Below, in pieces: positions 1-37,441 of a stretch of DNA of 37,441 bases. Location of the stretch: positions 51,407,272-51,444,712 of the forward strand of contig NC_068995.1 in NCBI RefSeq assembly GCF_001194135.2, written 5' to 3'. The notes under the pieces were generated by a model. The model saw nothing but the letters and a program-made list of their open reading frames with translations, was not told the DNA's origin and searched no databases. The translations under genes and the position numbers were made by a program. Source of the DNA: Octopus bimaculoides. Lineage: Eukaryota. The first letter of the stretch is position 1. Each line of letters starts with the position of its first letter.

Positions 1-44
<44 letters not shown>

Positions 45-94
45 ATATGTGTGTGTGTGTGTGTACGTGTGTGTATATGTGTGTGCGTATGGGT

Positions 95-290
95 GTGTTT
101 GTATTTATCCCGCTGTTAACACCGCTTGACTACCCGGCATTGGTTTGTTTACGTGCACGTAACCATAGCGGTTCGGCAAAAGATAGCGATAGAATAAGTG
201 TTAGACGTAAATAAGTACTGGATCAATTTCGTCGTCTAAACCCTTCAAGGTAAGCTCCAGCATGGCGGTAATAACAGAAATGAATAAAAA
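95..290 (+). mobile_element. SINE 3' half (family also at 7463-7700)
   Basis: Shares tagcggttcggcaaaa..gatagaataagt..ctccagcatggc with 7570-7670. Confidence 0.7.
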
Positions 291-390
291 AAAATTTTAA
301 AAAGAGGAAGGAAAGAAGGATGGGTGAGAAAGAGTTGAACGAGAGAATGAAAATGGGTCGAAGAGAGTTGAGTCGAGTGTTGATACTCAC

Positions 391-25572
<25,182 letters not shown>

Positions 25573-26230
25573 CAAAATATATTTTCTAGAGATTCCTGAA
25601 CTTTTCTCTGGGTAATCGATAATTTACACATGCCGGATTAAAGTTTTAGTTCAGAAGATCACCGAGATACGGCTTCTGGATAAAAAAGAAAAGAACAACG
25701 TAAGGAATAACATAAAAATATATCATAAATATAAGTAAGTAATGAATACTTTCGATTACATTTAAAAGAAATCATTATTTAGTCGAAGGATGTTCAATTG
25801 GCCTTGTTCTTACCATAGGAATTATTTTTTGGGGAAAAATGTTAGTGAATTTGTAAAACCGATAGAGTGATGTCCAAAACATCACGTGGTATTTAATTGC
25901 CTACTTGACCATCTGAGTATAAAAAATCTCAACGAGATCGACTATGGTTTTCTTCTTCCCGAATTAGTTAAAATGAATACCGGTTNNNNNNNNNNNNNNN
26001 NNNNNNNNNNNNNNNNNNNNNNNNNNNNNNNNNNNNNNNNGGGGGGGGGGCAGCATAATCGATTATTCTCATTGTACAAATATGAAGCATGGTTCCTATG
26101 TTAGAAACCAACACATATTTATGCTGGGAGGTTGGACAGCGGATTAGCAGAGTGGTGGAGCAAATTGCCTTCTAGCAGTTATAGTCGCGCCTGGTCGATG
26201 GAATTTAAGATTGTACAGCGGCGGTGCCGG

Positions 26231-26765
26231 CTGAATGGTTGGTGCTAGAACTGTTTGCAACCAAACGGTTGGCTGCAGAACGTTTGACGTCAGAGGAGTG
26301 ACGGCAGAACGGATGACATCTGAACGGTTGACGTGAAAAGGGTCCGTCTGACACCAGAATGGCCAAACTCAAAAAGATTCGATTGACAGCTAAAAATTTG
26401 AGAACCGAACAGTTGGCGGTAGAACGGTCGGAATCTGAACGGCTAATGTCAGAATTGTTGACAACAAACCGCTTGATGTCAGAACGGTTGATACCCGAAC
26501 ACACGACCTCAGTTGACGGTAAAACGTTTACATTGGAGCGATTAACGTCAGAACGGTTAACATCCAAACAATTGACGTCAGAAAGGTTGACAGCAAAACG
26601 GTTGACGGGACAACGGCTGTCATCTAAATAATGAACAGCAGAACGGTTGGCAGTAAGTCGGTTGAAAACAAAATGGTTGACGGCAATGGTTGACTTCTAA
26701 ATAATTGACGGCAGAAAGGTTGACAAGACGGTTGACGGTTGAACGGTTGACAGCAGAACAGCTGA
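26231..26765. repeat. Tandem array, 15-bp unit (consensus about CAGAACGGTTGACGT), about 35 copies
   Basis: AACGGTTGAC-like core recurs at 15-bp spacing; open frames on both strands. Confidence 0.9.
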
Positions 26766-26989
26766 TGTTAGAGTAGTCGAAGGAAGAATGACACTGTAAT
26801 ATTGTGCCAGCCCAGATCATTGGATAGAGGAATGCCAAGAAACATTCAAAATTTCATGAGTAACCAGGAATGTCATTAAGCTCTGGAAAGCAACATTAAT
26901 TCTCGACACAGATTCTCTGGAATCTTCCAAGGAGACTCATTACCTATTTTGTTTTCCGTTTAGTACTGTTTTCCCTACATAAACTCCCG

Positions 26990-28105
26990 AATGAAACGAA
27001 TTATGGATAGAAGGTGCATGGGGGTAAAATCATCAATCATCTCTATATGGATGCCTTGGAACTATTTGCACAAAATGACCAAAGACTGCTAGCACTCTTT
27101 CATATAGTCAAGCAATTTCGTGACGACATCGAAATGGAATTTAGGTTTGACAAATGCACCAAGGCTACATTTGCCATAAGAAAACTGTCAAATTTATGCA
27201 ACATCACCCTAGATAGATACTGAAATGAAATAATTAGAACATGATAGTAAGTTATAAGTTTCAAGGAATTTGGGAAGGAGATGGTATTAAACATTCACTG
27301 ATAAGAGAAATCATAAGGAGTGTTATCATAGAGTAAGAGCTATTCTGAAAACCGAGGCACAAAATTGAGGCACAAAATTGAGGCCAGAATCACGTTGAAT
27401 ATGAGTGTAATCTCATATAGCTTCAATGTTATAAACTGGTCCATCTTTGAGATCAACAAAGTTGGTGTTAAAATCCTAAAGCTGATGACAATGCATCGCA
27501 TGCATCACCCAAAAGCAGACATATACCGTAGTATACCTTCCAAGAAAAGAAGGCGGTTGGGGGTTAACACATTCTTAACTCTTATTGAATATTGTAACCG
27601 TGGCATTTTCTGCTTGCAAGCAGCAAGCGAACAACTGAATGTTAAAGCTGGTTCTGAAACATGAAGGTACCAAAGAGTTGCACTCAGTGACGAAAAATTC
27701 AAAAATATATCTTTAAGAAACAGTACTCAAAGAAAATTTGTCCCCAACTAACAATGCAAAGCAAATTCTGCCAAAAAAAAAAAAAAGAGACACTAAGCCT
27801 CCGTTACACTAAGGCGAAGAGCGAGCCAAAACTACTGCATGGTAAATATGAGAATATAGACAGGGATTTTGATGTAGACCAAACCCTTACTCATGAGTGG
27901 CTGACATGCTTTGATCAATGCTCCCCAACTAGGAATTATTCGAGTAATTTTATGAAACGTGGAGGCAGTCCTTTGCATTGCGAATGTGTTGAACATCCAG
28001 AGACAATCGACCACACAACCTCTGGATGTGGCCTACTGGCACCAAAAGAGTATTTGCAAAGACATGACAGGGTAGGTCAGTACATAAACTGGTTGATAAG
28101 CCGTA
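26990..28105 (+). mobile_element. R4/Dong-clade non-LTR retrotransposon fragment (RT C-half and CCHC knuckle), decayed
   Basis: INHLYMDALELFAQN (YMDD box), MEFRFDKC, HHPKADIYR, LHGKY, CECVEHPETIDHTTSGCGLLAPKEYLQRHDRVG; frameshifts and stops. Confidence 0.85.
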
Positions 28106-28107
28106 CG

Positions 28108-28153
<46 letters not shown>

Positions 28154-28186
28154 CAACTTGTACAAATACAAAGCAAACGCCAAACA

Positions 28187-28220
<34 letters not shown>

Positions 28221-28852
28221 GTAATAATAATAATAGAGTCAAAATTAAAAGAAGAGTGCCATTTGTTATCTGGTGAACGATATTTCGACATCTCGTGTGT
28301 CTTCAACTGGTTCAAAAAATAAATTTGTCAATCTACTTCATTTTGGTTAATATAGAANNNNNNNNNNNNNNNNNNNNNNNNNNNNNNNNNNNNNNNNNNN
28401 NNNNNNNNNNNNNNNNNNNNNNNNNNNNNNNNNNNNNNNNNNNNNNNNNNNNNNNNNNNNNNNNNNNNNNNNNNNNNNNNNNNNNNNNNNNNNNNNNNNN
28501 NNNNNNNNNNNNNNNNNNNNNNNNNNNNNNNNNNNNNNNNNNNNNNNNNNNNNNNNNNNNNNNNNNNNNNNNNNNNNNNNNNNNNNNNNNNNNNNNNNNN
28601 NNNNNNNNNNNNNNNNNNNNNNNNNNNNNNNNNNNNNNNNNNNNNNNNNNNNNNNNNNNNNNNNNNNNNNNNNNNNNNNNNNNNNNNNNNNNNNNNNNNN
28701 NNNNNNNNNNNNNNNNNNNNNNNNNNNNNNNNNNNNNNNNNNNNNNNNNNNNNNNNNNNNNNNNNNNNNNNNNNNNNNNNNNNNNNNNNNNNNNNNNNNN
28801 NNNNNNNNNNNNNNNNNNNNNNNNNAGGAGGAGTTACCTCAATCCTTTCTAT

Positions 28853-28912
<60 letters not shown>

Positions 28913-28913
28913 C

Positions 28914-29082
28914 TTTTCTACTCTAGGCACAAGACCTGAAATTTTTGGAGAGGTGGGGGAAGTCGATTAGATCGTCCCCAGTACGCAACTGGTACTTGAT
29001 TTATCAACCCCAAAAGGATGAAAGGCAAAGTCGACCACGGCTGAATTTGAACTCAGAACGTAAAGACTGACGAAATACCGCT
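28914..29082 (-). mobile_element. SINE (GGCGGCGAGCTGGCAGAA family), 5' truncated
   Basis: ctctaggcacaag...atcaaccccaaaaggatgaaaggcaaagtcgac...gaatttgaactcagaacgta. Confidence 0.9.
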
Positions 29083-29302
29083 TATGATAAAAAAAAAATA
29101 TTCAGACAAATATATAACAAAAACAACAAGTAATATATAACATACAGAAAATAGCACTTCTAGGCACCGCACGCATCCGACGTAAAACACTTTCAATACA
29201 GTAAAAATAAGAGCACCGCAACAGACCACAGCACATGTCCAAGGCACAGAGAGCTGCACTCGGTAAGTACAGTGAAATCACGTGATAAAATTAAGATTAT
29301 TG

Positions 29303-29360
<58 letters not shown>

Positions 29361-29394
29361 ATAATAATAGTAATAATAATAATGATGAGAATAA

Positions 29395-29975
29395 TAGCAA
29401 TACAGGAAACGAGAGTATCAGTCATTTCTTGAGTGAATGCAGCTTAGCACAAAAGAGTTTAAGCGCAGGCCTGACTGTGTGGGTGAAAGAGAGCATTGGG
29501 ATGTTAACCGAATAACAGAATAACAGAATAACAGAAACGTAGTATGAACACGAAGCAGAGGCTGTGATAGAAAATGAGAATTACAATACTTTGTGGGAGT
29601 TGCTCATGAAAGCTGATCATAGAATTGAAGCAAAGAGACCAGATATGATTATAGGGGACAAAATGAATAGCGTAAGATCATAGATTTTGCAGTAAAATCT
29701 ATATTAAAGAAATTATAAAAAAATAAGAAATATTTCAGCCAGAGAGCTGAAGAAACTGAAGAAAACTGTAGTAATTGGTGTTCCTGGCACAACATACAAA
29801 ATGCTACCAAAAGAAACTCAGAGAGATTGGAATTGTAACTCGAATCATCGACCTGCAAGACGTACCGTCATATATTCTGCAAAAATCCGGAGGAAAATTC
29901 TTTAGATTTGCGGAGACTTGTTATCAAACCTCAAAATAAATTCCTGTTCATTGAACTAGCATCTACTAGCTTAAT
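29395..29975 (+). mobile_element. R4/Dong-clade LINE 3' fragment (zinc knuckle and restriction-like endonuclease)
   Basis: ESISHFLSECSLAQK, YEHEAEAVIENE..LWE....DHRIEAKRPDMII.DK, IIDFAV; followed by a TAA-rich tail. Confidence 0.8.
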
Positions 29976-31480
29976 AATGAATAAATAGATAATAATAATA
30001 ATTATCTATAATTATAAATAATGATAAGCAGGGGAGATTTGAAGAAAGCTTGGGAAAGGAAATTTCAACTGAGCAAATAATGAAATCAGTTGCCTATTTT
30101 CTTAGTAAATATCTTCGTAAATATGGATATCCTGTTTTGTTAGTTGTTTGTTTGTTTGTCTGTTCCATTTTCAGTTTAGCAGTTTCATCTTTATTTTAGC
30201 AGTTTCATTTTGAGCGTTAGACATGTTTCGTTACTCAGTTTCTCGCAACCGCCACTTGGTCCTGGGGTACCTTAATAGATTCTACTAAGTTATAAACATT
30301 TGTTCTAAGTCCCGAGAATATCTGTCTTTCTATCATTAGTTTCGAAATCCTTGAAAAAGGAATCAATCATGAAAAGCTCGAAAAAAAAAATGGTGTCCCT
30401 AAAATGTGATAGCTGGATAAATGGATATGTCGGTAGGTATGGAGATGAATAGCTAGGTATATAAGAAGATTTATAGAAAGCAAGAACTAGTGAAAATAAA
30501 CGTTAGCTTACCTTGCCCTATCGTTATTCCAATGGTTTACTGATAAACCTTTGTTGAGTATAGCTTACCAATCTATTTATGTAACTGCGGCTAAATGTCA
30601 TATATTTAGAATGGTTAAAACTGGTAAAGTAGGAACCAGGAAGTTCCGTGTGTACGCATGGCGTGTATTCAGAACATTTCATTTTGACGTTTTGTATTTT
30701 TAGTTGTCGTGAGTCGTAATGGAAGAAAGAGATATGCGTCATCCTCTCCCTCTCGCTTGAATAGTTCTAGCTCTGAATTGACACACGACCACGAACACTC
30801 TAATTTCTGTTTTCTTATTTTACTTTCACAATAAAACTGTAGAATCCGAAGCATGGATGTGTAGTTAAGATGTTAGCTTCACAACTTGCTTGTTTCATTT
30901 TCGATGCAAGTGTACCCTACGTTAAGCAAACATCTATCTTAGCTTCGAATCGATTAAAGCTTTGCGAGTGAAATTTAATTGATGGGAACTCAAAAGAGAG
31001 ACCACCCCTTTTCTTGTCAATCACGCACTTAAACACTAATGAGCGTGATCCTTGGATGCCTAAAACGAAATCCAACCTGTTTTAAACATTCAGGTCAAGT
31101 CTTCCAGTTTGAAGACATTTGTCAGGCTTTCTTCAACCAGTCTCACAGGTACTTGGGCGTTGTCCTTCCTCTACTCTGACTAATACAACATCTATTTATT
31201 GAACAGAAACAGTTGATTTCGAGGAAATTATGGTCTTCATTAGTAAAGAGTAATTATAAGAAGTGGAATAACTTATATAATTTCTCCTTGACGAAGGTTT
31301 CTATTCGGAATGTTAGATTTTTCTTCTTTCTCGTGACTAAATAATTCATTTTCAGTTTGTGGGGTAGGTGAAATAAATCAACTGTAAATTGTATGAATAG
31401 AGCAACTCACATTTTGAATGAAGCCGCTTAGATTTAGATTAAGGCAAGAATTAGATTAGATTAAGACAAGAGTGTCATGC

Positions 31481-31579
31481 AAAGTCGACCTCGGCGGAAT
31501 TTGAACTCAAGACGTAAAGACGGACGAGATGCCACGAAGCATTTTTTTCCGGAGCGCTAACGATTCTGCCAGCGCCTCC
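31481..31579 (-). mobile_element. SINE 5' half
   Basis: aaagtcgacctcggcggaatttgaactcaagacgtaaagacggacgagatgcc...ctaacgattctgccagc. Confidence 0.8.
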
Positions 31580-32279
31580 ATTTACGTTCACAAGATTATA
31601 TGTTTGTGTATACATTCATTGAAAGCATGGGAACATTGACATAACGCGCTCCCGTGATGTCGATGTTAACGTTGAACAGTAAAAAATATTACGAGAGAAG
31701 CTTTCAAGATTAGCGATTTCAAACAAATTTATATAAATGTTTAAGAAGCGTAATTGTAAACGACAATTTTTATTCATAACTGTAACCGTTCCAGCCTAAT
31801 TTTGCCAAAGAGATCTTTTATAAACCAGCTCCACCTAAGAACACAAAACAGAGGCTCATCTCACCGTCAGCATTGAAAACTTCTCTCGTAATAATTTTCA
31901 CATCTCAAAAGTCATCGGTGTTCTTCTTTTCAAGGTTTCTATTCATCATAACGTCCATTGCTATTCATTTTATTCTCATTTGTTCTTGACCTATTTCAAA
32001 ACATAAAACGTCACATTCTCTCGCTCGCCCATTATGTTAATGTACATACGAACCCGATGAATGTATATGCAACCATTAATACACACTTACGAGTGTATGT
32101 ACTACTGTGTTATATAATATATTGGGTTCTAAACAAAAACCTTCTTACGGCCCATTAATAACAACGCGCGCACACACACACAGAGGTTGTTCCGGCTAAA
32201 TATGACAGTTGATATAAAAGGAAAAGAAAGCAAAATACCCCATCCAAAAATAATAGTATTTCAAAAATATCAACTAGAT

Positions 32280-32891
32280 TATGGGTGGAAGATAACAGCT
32301 TGTCAAAGTAGCCGTCCTCAACTTCCACCGCGTCCTCAAAATAGCTCCTGAAACTGGCACATGCGCTCCTCGCTGTGTCCCTGGAAAGATCTTCGAACAC
32401 CTCCTTGATCTTGGCTACCAGTACAACCTTGGTGTTGAAGGCAGAACAGTTGGTGTCTTTCTCAACGGCGCCCTCACCCACACATAATAATCCATGATAT
32501 TACAATCTGGAGAATTAGGAAGCCAGAAATTGGTGCTGGTGAAGTGGTAGACATTATCCGTCGACCACTTCTGACTCTATCTGGAGGGATGGTAAGGAGC
32601 TGAATCCTGCTGCCACACATACGGCCTTCCAGCAGCAACCCTCTCCACCCAGGGTTTAACCACAGTCTCTAGCAGCTTCACGCAGTTTTCTGAAATGAGC
32701 ATAAGGCCCTGTTCAAAGCTGTAGGCCGCCATGATGTTAACTTCACTGGAGACACAGCCAAAGACCATCACAGTTTGTTGGAACTTGCCTTTCATGAGGT
32801 CCATGCCACACATGATACTCTTTACATCGTTCACAGAGCATTGAACAGCATTTAGGATGACTGCAGTTTGATACCCGATGCAAATCACCAT
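32280..32891 (-). mobile_element. IS630-Tc1-mariner transposase relic, DD37D (maT) type
   Basis: VMVFGCVS, WQQDSAPYH, FWLPNSPDCNIMDYYVW with exactly 37 residues between QQD and MD; one stop and one frameshift. Confidence 0.85.
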
Positions 32892-32911
32892 GATATAGGC
32901 AGCAATTCTTA

Positions 32912-33000
<89 letters not shown>

Positions 33001-33044
33001 GAAAGAAGCTTGTTGCATATATACATATATATATATATATACAT

Positions 33045-33640
33045 GTGGGGCCCTAAACTGTTTCAGATGTTTCAAAGTAGGCGAAAAGAACTTCGAAGGC
33101 AAACCTAGGACAGAGAAACCTTTTGCTGTTGAAGACGAAGCTTTGTTTGAAATAGCAGAACAGCAATCAAGCAAAAGCACTCGCATATTGTCGGCAGAAC
33201 TTGGTCCTTCACAAAGCAATCGACACGTCCATAAGCTCGACTTTGTGGATAGATTCTGACGAGAAGTTCCTCATGAACTGCCATATAATCTGGCTCAATG
33301 ACGCGTGAACATTTGCAAACAACTACTGGCTAATCCTCGTGATGCTCGGTTTTGGCGTTGGATAAAAAATGAATCTATTTTAGTAATCCTAATAATAAAA
33401 ATTAGTGCTTCCGTTCTGGTCACGTTTCAGAACATGTTGTCAAAATAGGGCGGTTTGGACAGAGGATCATGTTGCGTGCTTGGTGGAATTTTGAGGAGGC
33501 TGTCTCACTTTGAGCTTGTTTTAGACGGTCACGCAGTGAACGCTAACCTTTATACTCAATAACTTTAAAATGTGATACTTTAAAATCTCGTTACCCGACA
33601 TTGGTCAATCGAAAACGTGCACTCATACAGCATGACAATA
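33045..33640 (+). mobile_element. Mariner-like transposase relic
   Basis: FKVGEKNFEGKPRTEKP..VEDEAL..IAEQ...STRILSAELG (HTH), VPHEL...RVNICKQLL, IMLRAWWNFE...ELV..GHAVNANLY; many stops. Confidence 0.75.
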
Positions 33641-34599
33641 CCCAGTGTAATCAAGTGAAAACTTGAAGATTCGTGTCTTGAGTTTAAGAGAGTCCTCGGG
33701 TCAACCGAATGTTTAAGGATCCTTGCCCGCTCTGTGTGCATCTTCTGCTCTCGTTTATATAGGGTCCCGGTTGCTCTATGAGCCACCATTTAACTTAGTA
33801 TAGGGTCCACTCATCCTTTAGGTGTCAGACAATGTACCAGAATTCCAATACATTGAGAGTCTGGTAGGCTGTCTGATTTTTATTGATTTATCACCATTAA
33901 CTAGAATACAGTTGACAAATGGATTTGATTCTAAATGGTTGAAGACTACATTTTACATAAACTCTTCTAAATATGAAGTAACCAGGTTACCACTCATTTT
34001 ATTCTGACCCCCACGATTTCCTCTGTTACTCTCCAAATTATAGTAGACTTAACAAGGTATCCTTTATGTTTGAAGTCTATGCGGTCATCTGACGAGAACG
34101 GTTTCTGTCAAATGATGAAATGTTTTCATTAATCAATTAAAGGAGTCACTTAAAACGGCCGTTCCTTATTCAGTGGGCATAGTCCTCGGTAAAGGTTTTC
34201 GGAGTGTCTATCTGTCTCTCCTTTTTTTATGTATACATACACATACGTACGTGTATATATATATATATATATATATNNNNNNNNNNNNNNNNNNNNNNNN
34301 NNNNNNNNNNNNNNNNNNNNNNNNNNNNNNNNNNNNNNNNNNNNNNNNNNNNNNNNNNNNNNNNNNNNNNNNNNNNNNNNNNNNNNNNNNNNNNNNNNNN
34401 NNNNNNNNNNNNNNNNNNNNNNNNNNNNNNNNNNNNNNNNNNNNNNNNNNNNNNNNNNNNNNNNNNNNNNNNNNNNNNNNNNNNNNNNNNNNNNNNNNNN
34501 NNNNNNNNNNNNNNNNNNNNNNNNNNNNNNNNNNNNNNNNNNNNNNNNNNNNNNNNNNNNNNNNNNNNNNNNNNNNNNNNNNNNNNNNNNNNNNNNNNN

Positions 34600-34641
<42 letters not shown>

Positions 34642-34654
34642 GTCGTGCTTCTTT

Positions 34655-34795
34655 CAGTTCAGTTCAGTTTCTATCTATTAAATTCACTCACAAGGCTTTG
34701 GTCATCCCCAGGCTACAGTAGAAGACACTTAAATAAGGTTCCACGCAGTGGGGATAAACCCGGAACCTTGTGGCTAGGAAGTAAGCTTGCCACTA
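34655..34795 (-). mobile_element. SINE fragment (family of the 7189-7700 host)
   Basis: cacaaggctttggtcatccccaggctacagtagaagacactt...ccacgcagtggga. Confidence 0.7.
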
Positions 34796-35153
34796 CTACT
34801 ACTACCAACACATCTCGTGTTGCTTGTTACTTTCTGTCTCGTTGTCGTCGTTGTTGTTGTTGTTGGTGGTGGTGGTTGTGGTGGTCATTTGTCCGTTCAC
34901 TTTTGTATATTTATGTAAATCTTTCCCGCATTAATTAATTACTTGACAAACTTGGCTTGATATGATAATTTTCATTAATCATAAACAGATACGCTCTGCT
35001 AAACTAATAATTTTAACGAACGTACTCCAGAATGACCGAAGATTCTGGCTGAAACCAATAAAGAATGAACAAACAAGCGTATATCAGCGTACACTCATAC
35101 GTGTCTATAATTATACACACATAAGCACACTAATAGACGTATAACTGATAGAC

Positions 35154-35204
<51 letters not shown>

Positions 35205-35597
35205 CCTATCGGCCTACCTGTATTTCTATCTATCCATGTCAATTGTCGCTGGAACCTCACCCTAAAAAGCAAAAACAATGTTCTCGTAAAGAGAGACAAA
35301 ATACCGCTAAGCATTTCGCCCGGCATGCTATCGATACTGCCAGTTCGGTGCCTTAATTTGTGTTTAATTATTAAGATTATATATTGTTAACAGAAATATT
35401 ATAGCATGTACGGGGTGACAGCGCTAAGAAGTGATGTGCATAAATACAAATTTATTACCAGTTCGGACATACTTGAGGCATATCCAGTTTTTGCCATTTG
35501 CCTACATCGAGAAATTTTCTCCATGACCAAACACAGTTCGAATATGGCTCAACTATATTTGAACCGATAATAACTTTGTAAATATAACATCTATATA

Positions 35598-36028
35598 TTC
35601 TTTTCTACTCTAGGCACAAGGCCCGAAATTTTGGGGGAGGAAGCCAGTCGATTAGATCGACCACAGTGTGCAACTGGTACTTAATTTATCGACCCCGAAA
35701 GGATTAAAGGCAAAGGCGACCTCGGCGGAATTTGAACCCAAAACGTAACGGCAGACGAAATACCGCTAAGCATTTCGCCCAGCGTGCTAACGTTCATTAT
35801 TTCTTTATTGCCCACAAGGGGCTACACACAAAGGGAACAAACAAGGACAGACAAAGGGATTAAGTCGATTACATCGACTCTAGTGTGTAACTTGTACTTA
35901 ATTTATCGACCCCGAAAGGATGAAAGGCAAAGTCAACCTCGGCAGAATTTGAACCCAAAACGTAACGGCAGACGAAATACCGCGAAGCATTTCGCCCGGC
36001 GAGCTAGCCACTGGGCCAGCTCGCCGCC
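35598..36028 (-). mobile_element. Two tandem SINE copies (about 35598-35792 and 35794-36028) with different 3' tails
   Basis: The core atcgaccccgaaagga..aaggcaaag..gacctcggc.gaatttgaacccaaaacgtaacggcagacgaaataccg occurs twice. The second copy has the same tail as 7228-7462. Confidence 0.9.
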
Positions 36029-36069
36029 TAATAGCATCTATAAATGCTATTTAATGCAGTTGTTTGAAA

Positions 36070-36370
36070 GTGCGTGGCTCAGTGGTCGTGGGCTATTCGG
36101 CTCACGATCGCCAAGTTGTGAGTTCAGTTCCAAGCGACGCGTTGTGTCCTTAAACAAGAGACTATTTCACGTTGCTCCGGTCCCCTCACCTGGCAAACAT
36201 GAGGTAGTACCTGTATTTCAAAGGGCCAGCCTTGTTACGTTCTGTGCCACGCTGAATCTTGCTGAGAACTAAGTTATGGGTACGCGTGTCTGTGGAGTGC
36301 TCAGCCACTTGCACGTCAATTTTACGAGCAGGCTGTTCCGTTGATCGGATCAATTGGAACCCTCGACGTA
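36070..36370 (+). mobile_element. tRNA-derived SINE with a different head but shared 3' domain
   Basis: TGGCTCAGTGG A-box, GAGTTCAGTTCC B-box, gttgtgtcctt. From 36207 it matches 19891-20050. Confidence 0.8.
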
Positions 36371-36546
36371 ATGCAGTTGTGCTTAGTAAAAATAAGTACG
36401 AAAAATTTCATATTTATATTAAAAAATATAAATATGAACAAATGAAATCTCTTCACATATAAAGTATTAGTGGGATATTTGTAGCTGTTGGTTCTATTTG
36501 ACAAAACCATCACACACACACAAAAAGAAAACAAGATAAAAAAAAA

Positions 36547-36928
36547 CAAGAGCACTCAGAGAGCGCAAACCTCCACCAAGGCAACACCAACGTCCCCTCA
36601 AGGATTAACCAGTGATGATTTTTAAAATGGGAATGTCTGAAATAAACGTGACTGCTCCCATAAGCAAGAATACTAAAAATGAACACGGCCGCTCTCAAAA
36701 ATTAAGTAAAACAACATGAAAAATAATCCCGAATCCTTGTCCGGTACCGGATCGATCCTAAATTCTAATCAGTTCGTGCCAGTCACGAGGCCAAACATCC
36801 CTGAAAGTTTCATCCGAATCCATCCCGCGGTTCTTGAGATATCTTGTCCACGGACAAACAAGCAAACAAACAAGCAAACAAACGCAACTGAAAACAATAC
36901 CTCCACCTTCGCTAAGGTGGAGGTAATG
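36547..36928 (+). mobile_element. DINE-1/HINE-like non-autonomous rolling-circle (Helentron-type) element
   Basis: 5' subterminal ACCTCCACC (36569-77), internal (CAAA)n-type microsatellite, 3' perfect 12-bp hairpin TACCTCCACCTT-CGCT-AAGGTGGAGGTA (36898-925). Confidence 0.65.
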
Positions 36929-37081
36929 AGTGGATAGGCACCGTGATATTAGGCTATCACATGATAGTATATTCAGGAGGGGAAAAAGTAGGTATACAGT
37001 AAGTACCACATCAATGTAATAATGCTTAATTCATTAAAATTATTAACGCATTCAATTAATTAGCCTCGGTTCTTTAGATAT

Positions 37082-37180
37082 TACTAGCAGAAATACCCGG
37101 CGTTGCCCGGGTTAAAGAGAATAATGAAATCTAAAAACGCCGTCTCGACTACGCATCATCTTTATATATCGAGATGTATA
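37082..37180. mobile_element. Helitron/Helentron-like terminus
   Basis: tactagcagaaataCCCGGcgttgCCCGGG terminal motif with a short GC hairpin, recognised by pattern only. Confidence 0.45.
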
Positions 37181-37441
37181 TACACACACGCACCCAAACA
37201 CACGTATATATATGTATATCAATATAAATATATGAAAGTCAATGAAGTTTCGTAAAAGAAGGTGATCATGTACATACTTTCTTGCTGTTGTGATTATAAC
37301 ACCTCATTGTAAACTATGTTCCTTGTTTTCCCTTGTGGAGCATATACAAATAGGTTTTTTGTTGCTGCCCACTCTTGAGCAGCCAACATACAGTTGTCCA
37401 TGTGAGAAGCAGGGCTCTTCCAAGAGAAGACCAGCTACAGA

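Noticed and set aside
30500-30900. Strong minus-strand donors (AAG|gtaagc at 30512) as a possible non-coding first exon or promoter of the myosin gene
   Set aside because: A donor consensus alone is not sufficient; needs transcript data.

Overview
Eukaryotic, AT-rich scaffold window dense in microsatellites and SINEs, with 8 N-gaps. The repeat families look like Octopus, which I recognise from memory and have not searched. The main feature is a minus-strand, multi-exon gene encoding an N-terminal myosin motor domain. I assembled 16 coding exons by hand (1947 nt, 649 codons) from the ATG at 25572 down to 391. All have GT-AG boundaries and consistent intron phases, and the gene continues off the left edge. 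No kinase domain precedes the motor. The architecture suggests a lophotrochozoan myosin-motor chitin synthase (inference). The exon(s) carrying the ATP-binding P-loop are not visible and may lie in the gap at 21741-21976. Introns and upstream DNA contain tRNA-derived SINEs, decayed RTE, L2/CR1-group and R4/Dong LINEs, a Helitron fragment, a DD37D (maT) and a mariner transposase relic, a MITE, a DINE-1/HINE-like element and two minisatellites. The most unexpected signal is three type I hammerhead-ribozyme motifs antisense to the gene. Two of them have cleavage sites 256 nt apart (10909-10995 and 11182-11236).
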